In this document: one piece after another, positions 18,124 to 28,214 of the stretch
Position numbering within the stretch: position 1 is the stretch's first letter
Layout of the letters: every line of letters begins with the position of its first letter
Source of the DNA: a virus
IMG/VR virus record: IMGVR_UViG_3300028840_002420
Location: 49,208 to 113,207 of that record
Direction: 5' to 3' (one strand)
Length of the DNA stretch: 64,000 bases
The notes under the pieces: generated by a model
Told to the model about the DNA's origin: nothing
Databases searched by the model: none
Seen by the model: the letters and a program-made list of their open reading frames with translations, nothing else
Position numbers and translations under genes: made by a program

Positions 18124-20084
18124 AATTGCTTGATATTGCGATCGAAGGATTCATGGGCTTCACTGGCGCTGTCAAGTTGGCGCTTGATTCGTTGGGCTTG
18201 GTCCACATCGCCGGAGCGAATGAAGATGATCCGGCCAACGACAGCAACGGTTCCGGCAAGACGACGATCCTGGAGGCGCTGACGTGGTGTCTGTTCGGCG
18301 AGGGGCTGCCGCGGCCGTCTGGTAACAGCGAGCAGGGCGTTCGTGCGGACGAAGTGCTCAATGACCGCCGCAAGAAACAGTGTTACGTGCGCGTGAATCT
18401 GGAGGATGAGGACGGGACGGCTTACGGTGTGGCGCGGTGGCGGAAGTACAAGGGTGAGGGAGATTCTCGTCAGAGTAGCGGAGTGATGCTGGTTGTGGGC
18501 GGAGAGCCGATCCAATCGCTCGATGAGAAGGAGACCAATCGTCTGATCTGCCTGAAGCTCGGGCTCGATCGGGATATCTGGTGCCGTGGGGTGGTGTTCG
18601 GTCAAGAGGCCTCGTTCAACTTCTGCGAAGCGACGGCGAAGGATCGGACCGCGATCCTCACTACAGTGATGGGGCTTGAGACGATCGATACGTGGCTGGA
18701 GCGCTGCCGGGATGAAAAGCGGGCGCTGACGACCAAGATGGCCGAGAGCGGCGGAAAGCTCGAGATCGCTCGCCAGGGGCTGCAGAGGGCTGAGCAGGAG
18801 TCTCCTGAAGCGCAACAGCAGCAGTGGGAGGTTGATCGAGCAGCGACCTTACAGGCGATAGAGAGCGATCTGACGGCTATCGCCAATGAAGGGACAAGCT
18901 TGGTTGCCACGTTGACGGAGCTGGAGACAGCCGGCCGACCGGCTGTGGCTGCGTTCCCAGATCCACCGAGTGACGAAGCTGTCCGGGCCGCTGAACGAGC
19001 GATGCAGGAGGCCTCTGTCAAAACCGGGGTATTGCGGACAGAGCACGATGTGCTCAAGCGCCGTGTGGCTCAGCTGGAGAGCATGCAGATCGGAGAGTGT
19101 CCGACGTGTTTGCAGCCGATCACGGCCGAGCATCGGGATCCGTGCCTGGGGGCCGCTCGTGAGTCGGTAGCAAGCTTGATCAACGGCCAGATGTGGATTG
19201 AGGCGTGGGGGGCGTTCGAGCAGGCTCAGAAGGCCTATGCGGCTGCTCAGGATGCTTACAAAGCGGGGCATGCCGAGACGCGGCGGTTGTCTGAAGAGGC
19301 TCAGAGGACGCAGCAGCAGGCGCTGCAGTGGGATAATTCGGTGCAGGCTCTCAAGAACCAGATCGAGCACGGTCGGAAGCGTTGGACTGCGGAAGCCGCG
19401 CGGAAGCGTCAGGTGCAGCAGCAGAGCAATCCGTTCGGGGAGCTGGTAGCCAAGCATCAGGAGCAGCTCGAGCAGCTTCGGTGGGAGCTGGTGGCGCTTG
19501 AAGACGAGCAGAAGGGGATCGGCGAAGCGCTCGATATTTGTCTGTGGTGGGAGAAAGAGCTGCCCCGGTTCCGTACGTGGTTGTTCGATGCGGTGGTGGA
19601 TACGTTGGCGGCCGAAGCGAATAGGTGGCTGCGGATCATGTCTGGCGGCGTGATCTGGGTTCAAATCTCTACCACGAAGCAGGTTGGCAAGCGGCTCCGC
19701 GATGAGCTGGACGTTCAGGTCTATCGGTGGCAGCCTGACGGCTCTGTGACTACGCGTAGTTATCGCACGTGGTCTGGGGGCGAAAAAAGACGGGTTGCTT
19801 TGGCGGTAGATCTCGGGTTATCTAGGTTGCTCGCGGATCGAGCGTCGAAGGCCTATCGGTTCCTGGCGTTGGACGAAATCGACCGCCACTTGGACAGCCA
19901 AGGCCGTGAAGGGCTGCGCCAGGTGCTTGATGAGCTTCGGCGCGAAAAGGAGACTCTCTTAGTCATCACACATGATCCCGAATTCCGCGCGTCCTTCGAT
20001 ACTGAGGTTCTGGTGACGAAACGTGCAGGTGTTAGCGATTTGGAGGTACGAGGTGCCCAAGCCGAGAGTAGTGGAGCTGCCTAA
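18120..20084 (+). CDS. sbcC: SbcC/Rad50-like ATPase
   Basis: NGSGKT, coiled coil with CPTC hook, WSGGE signature, LALDE, ITHD. Confidence 0.92.
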   Translation: MKLLDIAIEGFMGFTGAVKLALDSLGLVHIAGANEDDPANDSNGSGKTTILEALTWCLFGEGLPRPSGNSEQGVRADEVLNDRRKKQCYVRVNLEDEDGTAYGVARWRKYKGEGDSRQSSGVMLVVGGEPIQSLDEKETNRLICLKLGLDRDIWCRGVVFGQEASFNFCEATAKDRTAILTTVMGLETIDTWLERCRDEKRALTTKMAESGGKLEIARQGLQRAEQESPEAQQQQWEVDRAATLQAIESDLTAIANEGTSLVATLTELETAGRPAVAAFPDPPSDEAVRAAERAMQEASVKTGVLRTEHDVLKRRVAQLESMQIGECPTCLQPITAEHRDPCLGAARESVASLINGQMWIEAWGAFEQAQKAYAAAQDAYKAGHAETRRLSEEAQRTQQQALQWDNSVQALKNQIEHGRKRWTAEAARKRQVQQQSNPFGELVAKHQEQLEQLRWELVALEDEQKGIGEALDICLWWEKELPRFRTWLFDAVVDTLAAEANRWLRIMSGGVIWVQISTTKQVGKRLRDELDVQVYRWQPDGSVTTRSYRTWSGGEKRRVALAVDLGLSRLLADRASKAYRFLALDEIDRHLDSQGREGLRQVLDELRREKETLLVITHDPEFRASFDTEVLVTKRAGVSDLEVRGAQAESSGAA

Positions 20085-20490
20085 GCGGGGCAGCAAGAAG
20101 AAATCCCGCAGCAAGAAGAAATCCCAAAAGAGCAGCCGGCCGAAAAAGCCGCATTGGTACACGATGGAGTCGTTTTTCAAAAGCGACAGTCAGTTGGTGA
20201 TGAAGGTCGGCGACGAAGATATCGTGCTGTGCGGGTGGGTTCCCCCCTATAACGAAGTGGCCGTGTGTCTCGTTCCCTCGTCCATTACACAGCAGCAGGG
20301 ATTGGCGCTGCAGAAGATCCTGGAAGCTAATTTGAGGGCTCCAGTGCTTGTGCTGACCAACAATACCCAGCTCGTGAGGCTGAAACAGATCTCGGAGTCC
20401 GAAGCGATCCGGATCATGAACGAGGGGGATCCTAATGCCATCGTCCACGTCGAAGACGGCGAAGAAAAAGAAGGCCAAAAAACCGACTAA
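20053..20490 (+). CDS. Hypothetical protein
   Basis: GGAGG RBS before GTG 20053; basic N-terminus. Confidence 0.6.
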   Translation: MPKPRVVELPKRGSKKKSRSKKKSQKSSRPKKPHWYTMESFFKSDSQLVMKVGDEDIVLCGWVPPYNEVAVCLVPSSITQQQGLALQKILEANLRAPVLVLTNNTQLVRLKQISESEAIRIMNEGDPNAIVHVEDGEEKEGQKTD

Positions 20491-21010
20491 GGCTCAGCTC
20501 GGTCGTAGGAGTCGGGTCAAGGGTGGGGCTTTCGAGCGGAAGATCGCCGCTGAACTGCGTGTGATTTACGATCCTCCTGAATTGGTCGCCGAGTTGGTAG
20601 CGGCGCTCGAGGCGAAGGACCTGAAAGAGTACAAGCGGTTGTTGAAGGCCTCGAATGTCAGCCGGGGCGAGCAGACGCGTGGAGCGAAACACGCGGACCT
20701 GTTGATCGACGAGTGCCCGTTCTGGCTCGAGCTGCAGGATGCGGGGCCTCAGAAATATAATCCGCGATCCAAGCTCGAACAGGCCGAGCGGGACGTTCGA
20801 GAATCGGAATCGGACAAGTGGCCCGCTGCGGTATGCCATCGGTTGGGGCGTCGTTCGATTCAGGTCTGCATGCGGTATGATGCGTTGGCGTGGATCGCGA
20901 CAGGCTACTGCTTTGCGGACGCGGACGCGGCCGAGAATATCGTGGTGATGATCGACTGGGAGGATTTCAAGGGTCTTCTCCAGGAGCATGAAGATGAGCG
21001 GCGACAGTAA
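20435..21010 (+). CDS. PD-(D/E)XK nuclease, Holliday junction resolvase-like
   Basis: SRVKGGAFERKIA...ADL...FWLELQ...QAERD...AAVCHR. Confidence 0.65.
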   Translation: MPSSTSKTAKKKKAKKPTKAQLGRRSRVKGGAFERKIAAELRVIYDPPELVAELVAALEAKDLKEYKRLLKASNVSRGEQTRGAKHADLLIDECPFWLELQDAGPQKYNPRSKLEQAERDVRESESDKWPAAVCHRLGRRSIQVCMRYDALAWIATGYCFADADAAENIVVMIDWEDFKGLLQEHEDERRQ

Positions 21011-21647
21011 GCGGGATCAGATCAAGGAAGATATCGCGTTCGAGGTGCTGCGGGATGCCGGTAAGAGGCACAACAAAGCCGTCGAGATGCGCAAGGCTGA
21101 GATGTTGGCGCGGAACATGACGCCGGTCGAGACCGAAGCGAGCGTGGAGCGGCTTAAGGATGAAGCCGTTCGGGCGTTCTTCGGTGAGGAGGGGATCCCG
21201 CCCGATTTGAAAAAGGGCTGGGCGATCTACGAGCAGCGGCGAAAGGAACGGGATCGTGTCGAAGCCCCATTGCCGCCAGGGGGCTGTTTGCTTCTGGGTA
21301 GAGAGGCGACGGTTGCGGGCGCGATGGCTGAAGCTCATATGAAGTTGGCGGCTGCGCTCCACATCGACACGAGGGCGATCAAGCTGTCGCTCAAGCGGGA
21401 TGAAGCCAACCGGATCAATCTGATTGCGGATGTGAGTCCACCCGATGACTGGGTGATCCCGATCGCTATCGGCAATCAGGCAGCTCAGACTCCGCAAGAG
21501 GCCGCCAAGGTCTACATCCAAAGCGTGCTGCGGCAAATCAATCTGTGGTTCCGTACCGAGGTCGGGGTGCGGCTGGAGGCCAGCGAGAAGATCAGGCCTG
21601 AACTGAGCCGGCCGGTTGCTCCGTGGGCTGGCCATGGGCAAGCGTAG
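20988..21647 (+). CDS. Hypothetical protein
   Basis: Long ORF in the operon; AGGAG RBS. Confidence 0.7.
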   Translation: MKMSGDSKRDQIKEDIAFEVLRDAGKRHNKAVEMRKAEMLARNMTPVETEASVERLKDEAVRAFFGEEGIPPDLKKGWAIYEQRRKERDRVEAPLPPGGCLLLGREATVAGAMAEAHMKLAAALHIDTRAIKLSLKRDEANRINLIADVSPPDDWVIPIAIGNQAAQTPQEAAKVYIQSVLRQINLWFRTEVGVRLEASEKIRPELSRPVAPWAGHGQA

Positions 21648-22305
21648 TCCACCGAAGGGGCCGGCTGCAGCTCCACCTGACGCGAAGCGTAAGAAGCTGC
21701 AGCGGTGGGAGTATGAGCGGGCGATCCAGTCCGCGGAGGTGGCGTATATCACCGATGAGCGGATGCGTCCGCTCGAGTATTGGTGGGACCAGCTTTGCTC
21801 TCATTGCATGCCGCTACAGCGGTTTAAGAGCCGTTCGAAGATCGGCAGATGGTCCGAGCGGCGGAGCAAATACTGGGAGGCTGTCACTCAGGAAGTTCTG
21901 CGCCAGACCAAGCACAAGATCGTTCATGATCGTGCGGCCGAGCTGCAGCAGATGCAGCGTCTTCGCCAGGCTGCGTACGACGCGGTAGAGCCGCGGCTAG
22001 ATAAGGATGGGCGGTTGGTGTATCCCGTGGCGCCGAAGAGCCTGGAGGGCATGATTACGGCGCTTGTGCGGCTCGATATCCGGGCAGACGACAAACGGGA
22101 TGAGCTTTTGGCGATAATTGATCCTGAGCTGCTTAAGGAGACGGCCGAGCAGCAAGGACAGCAGTTCTCTCCGGAAGATATGCGGACGGTCGCTCGAGTA
22201 CTTCTAACCAAGCGCCGGGAGGCGCAGACGCGGCGCATCAAAGAAAACGAGCGTCAGCTACTCACCGAAGGATCGGGTGAAGACGATGAAGAAACAGATC
22301 TTTGA
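21634..22305 (+). CDS. Hypothetical helical protein, possible terminase small subunit
   Basis: HTH-like N-terminal part ending RSKIGRWSERRSKYW, then long helices, a TerS-like layout; inference only. Confidence 0.4.
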   Translation: MGKRSPPKGPAAAPPDAKRKKLQRWEYERAIQSAEVAYITDERMRPLEYWWDQLCSHCMPLQRFKSRSKIGRWSERRSKYWEAVTQEVLRQTKHKIVHDRAAELQQMQRLRQAAYDAVEPRLDKDGRLVYPVAPKSLEGMITALVRLDIRADDKRDELLAIIDPELLKETAEQQGQQFSPEDMRTVARVLLTKRREAQTRRIKENERQLLTEGSGEDDEETDL

Positions 22306-23716
22306 GATTGATCCGAAAGACATCGTAATCGGTTGGCGGGTGCGGCTAGATCCAGGCGATATTAACGAGCTGGCTGCATCGATTTTGGAGCACGGGCAGA
22401 TGCAGCCGATCGCGGTCAAGACCAACGGTGATAATCGGCTTGAGCTCATCTCTGGCGAGCGGCGGATCCAGGCTTGTCGGCAGCTGCAGCGCAAAGTTCT
22501 CGCGGTTCTGGTCGAGCCGAAGGATGAGCTGCAAGCTCTCGATATGCAGCTGGATGAGAATCTGAGGCGGAAGGATTTTGACGATATCGAGCGTGGGCTT
22601 GGTTTGGCTCAGCGTAAGATGATCTACGAGAAGCTCCATCCAGAGACCAAAGTCGGCGGCGCTGGTCGCGGCCGTCCGAAAAGTAGGATGGCGAAATCTG
22701 ACAACCTGACAGATCCGCCAAGAGAGCCGGCCGAGCGATTCACCAAAGTCACGGCCAAGCGGTTTGGGATCGGTGAGACCAAGGTCAAGGAGATGTTGGC
22801 GATCGTCGGGCTGTCCGCAAAGCCGAAGTTCCAAAAGAGGATGCGATCTGCGAAGGACAAGCCGGTTGCCGAGCGAAATCGCATTTACATGGAGTGTCTG
22901 CAGGAGCACCGTCGGGATAAGAAGATGGAGCGGCTCAAGGCCGAAGCCGATAAAAAGGCCGAGCTGCAGAGTCAGGCCGAGCTGAATGATCAGGGTGAGG
23001 TAGCCGAGACTGAAAACGCGCGGCCGATCCACGTCTATCATGACGACTGCCTGAAGCTGATGGCGACGTGGCCGAAGGAGTCTGTAGATTTGGTGGCTTC
23101 CGATCCGCCGTTTGGACGGGCGCGGAGCCAGATCGCCCACATTGCTCGAGCGAGCATTAATCCGGAAGAGCACAAGTGGGACAAGCTGGATGTCGGCTGG
23201 GTGATGCTGGCCGCTCCGCTGCTCGTGCCGGGTGGGCAGTTGCTGACGTTCTGTCCGCTCGAGAAGGTCGGAGACTACGAAGTAGCTTGCGAAGCGGCCG
23301 GGCTCGACTACCGGATGGCGATTCTGTGGTGCAAGACCAATCCGGGTCCAGCTCATCGGCCGACCTACGTGTCCGCAGTCGAGGCTATCGTGTGGGCCGT
23401 CAAGCCGGGCAAAGCTCCCTACTTCAAGCCGTGGGAAGGCAAGAGCACGGATGGGGACTACCACCCAATGAACTGGTTCGAGTCACCGATTTGCGGTGGC
23501 CGGGAGCGGTTGCATCCGACACAGAAGCCGCTGGCTGTGATGCTGAAGCTGCTGCATCGGCATGCGTCGCCAGAGCTGAATCATAGGGTGCTCGATCCGT
23601 TCGCCGGCGCGGGGACTACGGGTGTGGCTTGTCGACAGATGGGGCTGTCCGCAATCCTGATCGAAAAGGACGAGACCTATTTGGAGATGATCCGAGCGCG
23701 GATGGCTGCGCAATGA
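22286..23716 (+). CDS. ParB-like domain fused to beta-class N6-A/N4-C DNA methyltransferase
   Basis: ELAASILEHGQMQPIAV...ISGERR...DENLRRKD; catalytic DPPF, HPTQKP, SAM motif DPFAGAGTT. Confidence 0.9.
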   Translation: MKKQIFEIDPKDIVIGWRVRLDPGDINELAASILEHGQMQPIAVKTNGDNRLELISGERRIQACRQLQRKVLAVLVEPKDELQALDMQLDENLRRKDFDDIERGLGLAQRKMIYEKLHPETKVGGAGRGRPKSRMAKSDNLTDPPREPAERFTKVTAKRFGIGETKVKEMLAIVGLSAKPKFQKRMRSAKDKPVAERNRIYMECLQEHRRDKKMERLKAEADKKAELQSQAELNDQGEVAETENARPIHVYHDDCLKLMATWPKESVDLVASDPPFGRARSQIAHIARASINPEEHKWDKLDVGWVMLAAPLLVPGGQLLTFCPLEKVGDYEVACEAAGLDYRMAILWCKTNPGPAHRPTYVSAVEAIVWAVKPGKAPYFKPWEGKSTDGDYHPMNWFESPICGGRERLHPTQKPLAVMLKLLHRHASPELNHRVLDPFAGAGTTGVACRQMGLSAILIEKDETYLEMIRARMAAQ

Positions 23717-23991
23717 CCGAGCACCATCGAATTGTGCTGCTCGAGCTGGAGGATGCTCGAGCAGCGGTCAGCGCGGGGTATCTGTCAGATCGGACACAGT
23801 TGAGCATCGGCGCTGTCTGTCAGGCCGGGCTCGAGCTGTGCCATAAGAAGATGGTCAAGAACCAGAGCGTGCGGCATATCGAGCGCGATGGTCACGAGCT
23901 GACGTTGTACACCTATCGGATCACGGGCCGCGGACGGTCGATGTGCGAGCGGATAAGGGCGGCAGCTCACCAGGGAGATCCTCTCCCGTGA
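23713..23991 (+). CDS. Small winged-helix protein
   Basis: SAGYLSDRTQLSIGAVCQAGLEL...YRITGRG. Confidence 0.6.
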   Translation: MTEHHRIVLLELEDARAAVSAGYLSDRTQLSIGAVCQAGLELCHKKMVKNQSVRHIERDGHELTLYTYRITGRGRSMCERIRAAAHQGDPLP

Positions 23992-24278
23992 ACGATCCCA
24001 AGTATCGGCGATTCCGGTTCAAGGGGATCCGGATGCGGGAGACGACGTGGGACGCGATGGAGGTTCTCGATCACGTGTGGCGGCTGATGAATCGCAGCGC
24101 GATCCATCACAGGACGCGGGGAAGGCTGGTCAAATTCGGGTTTGCGGAATTTCAGGACCGTGGAAAGCACCACATCCGCGGCCGGTTGACTGCGGAAGGG
24201 ATCGATTTCCGCAATCGGGTCTATAAAGAGCGGGCGAGGCGGCTCAACTACAAGCTTTGGAAGGACAAGTGGACATGA
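23988..24278 (+). CDS. Small basic protein (wHTH-like)
   Basis: LVKFGFAE...RLTAEG; coupled to neighbours. Confidence 0.55.
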   Translation: MNDPKYRRFRFKGIRMRETTWDAMEVLDHVWRLMNRSAIHHRTRGRLVKFGFAEFQDRGKHHIRGRLTAEGIDFRNRVYKERARRLNYKLWKDKWT

Positions 24279-24568
24279 GCAAGGTCAACGATAAGGCAGC
24301 GCAGCTATTTCAGGCGTGGTCGGACGAAAAGCGGGCTCTGGAGTCATTGCGGAGTCAGGTGCGGGCTGCGGAAACTAAACTGGAGAACGCGGCGAACGAG
24401 CTGGGCAAGCAGTTGGTGCCGAAAGGGGCCAATCCGAGCGAAGAGTTCGCGATTTGGGTGGGCTGTACGGTCGACGGCGAATCGTTCGATGCGCTCGTGA
24501 CAGTCAAGACTCCCAAGCAGTCGGGCGTGGGTAAGTACAAGATCGAAGTGCGGGAAGAGCGGAGATGA
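24275..24568 (+). CDS. Hypothetical protein
   Basis: ATGA overlap; coiled-coil N-terminus. Confidence 0.65.
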   Translation: MSKVNDKAAQLFQAWSDEKRALESLRSQVRAAETKLENAANELGKQLVPKGANPSEEFAIWVGCTVDGESFDALVTVKTPKQSGVGKYKIEVREERR

Positions 24569-24822
24569 TTCAGTACGAGATGAGGCTGCCATTACGGCAA
24601 GAGCCGTGGCCGAACGGACAGAATGAAGCGAGGCCATGCCCGGTTTGCGGGAAGCCGTGGATTCCGTGGGCTGGTTCCAGGTTGCCTTGTCACGGGCGTT
24701 GTTTGTTTCCGGAGCGGGATAGGCAGCTGATGCAGGCGGATCCGCGGACGGACTTGGAGCTGTCCAAGGCGCTAGGTGTCACGACATCGGTGGTGCGCTC
24801 TGCAAGAAAGCGGCGAGGCTGA
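24565..24822 (+). CDS. Zn-finger/HTH small protein
   Basis: CPVCG, CHGRC, ELSKALGVTTSVVRSAR. Confidence 0.6.
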   Translation: MIQYEMRLPLRQEPWPNGQNEARPCPVCGKPWIPWAGSRLPCHGRCLFPERDRQLMQADPRTDLELSKALGVTTSVVRSARKRRG

Positions 24823-25304
24823 TGATCATCCGCGTTCCGGACTTTCCGCCCTTTGACGGCGAGGGCAAGCCTCCACGTCCGCTCGTGCTGCTACTTGGTC
24901 AGGGGGACTGGCAGGCTCGAGCGGCTGCGGAATTGTCGTCGAGCTGCGGCGTGGTGGTCTGTACGGACGGGGTGCTGCCGTCTAACAAGGCGCTCCCAGC
25001 GCTGTGGATCGAGGTGTTGCTGCAGTACATCGATGCGGTGGACGCCGTGGGGATCTGGGCTGCGGACGAAGGGCTCTATCTGGACGAATGGACGATGGGG
25101 GCGTACATCTGCGGACGGATTCCGCAAAAGACGCTGGTCGGTTCCGCACCGGAGCCAGAGCACCCGATGGTCCCCGGATTCATCAATCTAGCGATGCAGG
25201 CCGGAGCGTCCGCATTCGCTCGTTACGAGATATTCATGGCGGCGCTCCGCGATCGAGCGAGGCAGAGCCGTCAAAGAGGAAGGCGTGGGCTGAACAATGG
25301 CTGA
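24822..25304 (+). CDS. Nucleoside 2-deoxyribosyltransferase-like fold protein (divergent)
   Basis: VLLLG...DWQ...W.E...IDAVDAVGIW...E pattern. Confidence 0.4.
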   Translation: MIIRVPDFPPFDGEGKPPRPLVLLLGQGDWQARAAAELSSSCGVVVCTDGVLPSNKALPALWIEVLLQYIDAVDAVGIWAADEGLYLDEWTMGAYICGRIPQKTLVGSAPEPEHPMVPGFINLAMQAGASAFARYEIFMAALRDRARQSRQRGRRGLNNG

Positions 25305-25836
25305 AGAACTGAGACACGTACGCTTCTCATTATCGGACTTGATCTACGCGGTGCAGGCGTTCCGCGGAGATACAACGCCCCTTTCCGCAGACCAGGCGCT
25401 GACCTGGTATTGGAATTGGGCCTCAGATCGCGGATGGAAGCTCAAGATGATCGCCAATCAGATCGATTCCGCAAAGCTGGCCAGCCGTATCGAGTGCGGA
25501 AGTCAGTTTGAGTGGGCTGCGGAAGAATACTGGAATGTGGTCTGGTCCGGAGAGGATATCCAGGCAAGTCCGGACTTGGTTTCCGAAGCAAGCGTTAGAG
25601 ACCTTTCCGCAGCGGCCAAGCTGGTCCTGTCAGAGCTTTTCAAGCGCGGATGGACTGTCCGCAGCCGTATCAATTTGGGCAGCAAGAAGCCGCCCGAAGC
25701 GTGTCTGGTGAGGTACAACGATCAGGGGCCGGAACACCAGATCTTCCTTGATGATGTGATAGCTGTTGCGGACGAGCACGGGGCGGCAGGGACAGCCGTG
25801 AATCTGGAGGATATCGTTTACGACCTGGAGGCCTAA
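25297..25836 (+). CDS. Hypothetical protein
   Basis: Long ORF in the operon; carries a cluster of TGCGGAA/TTCCGCA sites. Confidence 0.7.
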   Translation: MAEELRHVRFSLSDLIYAVQAFRGDTTPLSADQALTWYWNWASDRGWKLKMIANQIDSAKLASRIECGSQFEWAAEEYWNVVWSGEDIQASPDLVSEASVRDLSAAAKLVLSELFKRGWTVRSRINLGSKKPPEACLVRYNDQGPEHQIFLDDVIAVADEHGAAGTAVNLEDIVYDLEA

Positions 25837-25924
25837 AAACATCCACGGTATCGCGCAGTTATAAAAAACAGCCGCTGCGGAATTGGCAGGCCGCAGTCGG
25901 GGGCAATATAAGCTAGGTGAAATC

Positions 25925-26974
25925 ATGAGCGAAATTGTCGAGGTAATCCGCAAGGTAGCAGCGTTTGCGGACAAGCAGGAATCAGAGACCTTCACGCTCG
26001 CCGATGTCCATTTCCGCAAAGGCGAGGTGTACGCACAAAGCATGGTGGGCGGGGCGCTAGAACCAATCGAGCTGGAGCTGAATTGCGGAGTCAATGCCAA
26101 GAAGCTGCTCAAGGCGCTCCAGGCGGTGGGCAAGGCGCCCAAGTTCGAGATGGTCGGAAAGCAGCTCAAGGTCTCCAAGGGCAAGTCCAGGGCGAAGCTC
26201 GAGACCAGCGATCCGAAGCACGCTCCGAAGCTGCACAGGCCTCCCAAGGGCGCTGAGTGGCTGGAGGTGCCTCATCTGCACGAAGCAAGCAGGCTGGTGT
26301 GGGCAGTCTCCACAGATACTACGCGGACGCATATCGCTGGTGTGTGCCTATCGGCCAGGGGGCTGTGTGCGACCAATGGCCACGCAGCGATCAAGCTCGG
26401 AGAGGAGAACTACTGCGAGCTGCTAGGCTGCGGCGAAGCCTCCGCTCCGCTCATTCCGCCAGCTGTGCTCAAGAACCTACCCAACCCGACGTTCGCCTGT
26501 CTTCACCAGGGCAAGCTCTATCTGGCCGCGGAGTCCAAGCCGAAGGCCTTCCGCAGCGCCAATCTGTACGATGCCAGGTTTCCGTCGATGGAGCAGGTGA
26601 TGGAGACAGGGCGCGGTCAGCCGCGGCTGTCTGTGGACCGTAGCGCTCTGGTCGATTTGCTCAAGCGGGCGCGGCTGTCTTCTCATTCCGCAGTGCTCGA
26701 AGTCAAAGGAAAGCGGTTGAGCGTTAGCATCGACGATACACGGCCCGCGGACACGTTGTTTTCGTTTGCGGACAGTGTGGAGTTCACCAAGGTGTCTGGC
26801 GAGGTTCCGGACGGGTTGATCAGCCTGAACCTGAACTACCTGTTGCCCAGTGTGGAGACCTGTAGCGACAAGCAGGTGACGCTGGGGATGCTTCCCGAAG
26901 CAGCCGGGAGTCTCGAGCCGATCTATGTGACGGACGGTGACATCGAAGCGATCATGATGCCTATGCGGATGTGA
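25925..26974 (+). CDS. dnaN: DNA polymerase sliding clamp (beta subunit-like)
   Basis: AVSTDTTRTHIAGV, ATNGH, YDARFPS, LNLNYL and C-terminal IMMPMR typical of DnaN. Confidence 0.85.
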   Translation: MSEIVEVIRKVAAFADKQESETFTLADVHFRKGEVYAQSMVGGALEPIELELNCGVNAKKLLKALQAVGKAPKFEMVGKQLKVSKGKSRAKLETSDPKHAPKLHRPPKGAEWLEVPHLHEASRLVWAVSTDTTRTHIAGVCLSARGLCATNGHAAIKLGEENYCELLGCGEASAPLIPPAVLKNLPNPTFACLHQGKLYLAAESKPKAFRSANLYDARFPSMEQVMETGRGQPRLSVDRSALVDLLKRARLSSHSAVLEVKGKRLSVSIDDTRPADTLFSFADSVEFTKVSGEVPDGLISLNLNYLLPSVETCSDKQVTLGMLPEAAGSLEPIYVTDGDIEAIMMPMRM

Positions 26975-27192
26975 TGATGAGCTACGCTGAGAAGAGAGAT
27001 GAGAAGCTCCGGGATATTCGCGAGCGCCCAGAACGACACAGGCATTCGTTCGGGGCTCTGCAGGTCTGCTGCATGATCGACGGCTGCCTTGATGGGCTGC
27101 TGTTGGAGGCTCACGAAGGCTTGACGGGCAGTAACGGGGGCCGCGGCTGCGATACGACATCGGGGCCGTGTTCGTGCGGAGCGTGGCATTGA
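26971..27192 (+). CDS. Small Cys-rich conserved phage protein
   Basis: C-terminal CDTTSGPCSCGAWH. Confidence 0.6.
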   Translation: MMMSYAEKRDEKLRDIRERPERHRHSFGALQVCCMIDGCLDGLLLEAHEGLTGSNGGRGCDTTSGPCSCGAWH

Positions 27193-27653
27193 TGGGGCAG
27201 GTATGTCTGAAGTGCGGAAACACGGAGTGGAAGCTACTCAGCGAGCTGACTATCTCAGTCCAGCCGGGCTCTCGTGAGGATTGCTGGGCGTGCTCTGGCT
27301 GCCTGCTGCCGTTGGGTAGACCAGGGGATGCCGCAGTGGTCGGGGTGAAGCCTACTACGCCGGTCAAGATCGAGCGCGTGTTCTACCAGTCGCTGCGTGC
27401 GGAGAGCTTCACAGAGCGGTTGCGGAATGAGGCGTTCGAGGCACTCAAGAAGGCTGCGGACCAGGCAATCGAGCAGGTGATCGAAGGCTGTACAGCGTCA
27501 TTCTCAAGGCGGAGCTGTCTGAGCTTGATTGCCAGGACGCTCGATCTGGCTTGGCAGGAGCGCTGGCAGGAAGCTCTCGAAGTCGCGGAGTTAGCGGTTG
27601 CCGAGCTGAAAGGCAAAATTGATCGGCAACACTTTGGCCCCGAAACGCCATAG
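27192..27653 (+). CDS. Hypothetical protein with zinc ribbon
   Basis: CLKCG...CSGC. Confidence 0.6.
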   Translation: MGQVCLKCGNTEWKLLSELTISVQPGSREDCWACSGCLLPLGRPGDAAVVGVKPTTPVKIERVFYQSLRAESFTERLRNEAFEALKKAADQAIEQVIEGCTASFSRRSCLSLIARTLDLAWQERWQEALEVAELAVAELKGKIDRQHFGPETP

Positions 27654-27656
27654 TAG
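27626..27656 (+). promoter_or_regulatory. Class A phage promoter motif, variant GCAACA-N17-CATAGTAG
   Basis: Near match to the other four copies, at a gene end. Confidence 0.55.
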
Positions 27657-27710
27657 GGATATGGCGGGTGTTGAGTAGGCTTGCAGGCTGCCACGGTTTG
27701 GAGAACGAAG

Positions 27711-28214
27711 ATGAATTTGGAAGCGGTGCGGAAGGTCATTGACGACCTGAACGATCGGGGCTTCGAGTACGTAGGTCACGCGTTTTGGTCCGTGTCCTAT
27801 TGCGGAAGCGGGTCCATCGTTGTCGAGGCGATGGGGATCCCGATCTGGGATAGTGAGGAAGACGAGCGCGAGCAGATCGGGACGTGTCCGAAGTGTGGTG
27901 GTTCCGGGGCTGATCCGGATTGGGTGGAGGGCAGTGCTCGCCCCACGTGTCCGACTTGCGGTGGAGACGGCGAAGACGATCTGTGGGAGCCGCTGGCCGC
28001 GTTCTTGCCGCGGCGGTTGATGGAGATTGCTCTCGAGCTGCTGTTGATGGCCGGGCCGAAGTCGGACAGTGAAACGTCGATGGCCCATGACGATCGACCG
28101 GTACCAGATCCGCCGCTATGTCAGGGCTGCGCTCACCAGCAAAATAACTGCTGTGTGCGGTCTAAGACGTTGGGCGTGTTGTCCGGAGCGTGCCCGGATT
28201 TCGAGCAGCAGTGA
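27711..28214 (+). CDS. Hypothetical protein with CxxCxGxG zinc finger
   Basis: CPKCGGSG...CPTCGGDG; GGAG RBS. Confidence 0.7.
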   Translation: MNLEAVRKVIDDLNDRGFEYVGHAFWSVSYCGSGSIVVEAMGIPIWDSEEDEREQIGTCPKCGGSGADPDWVEGSARPTCPTCGGDGEDDLWEPLAAFLPRRLMEIALELLLMAGPKSDSETSMAHDDRPVPDPPLCQGCAHQQNNCCVRSKTLGVLSGACPDFEQQ

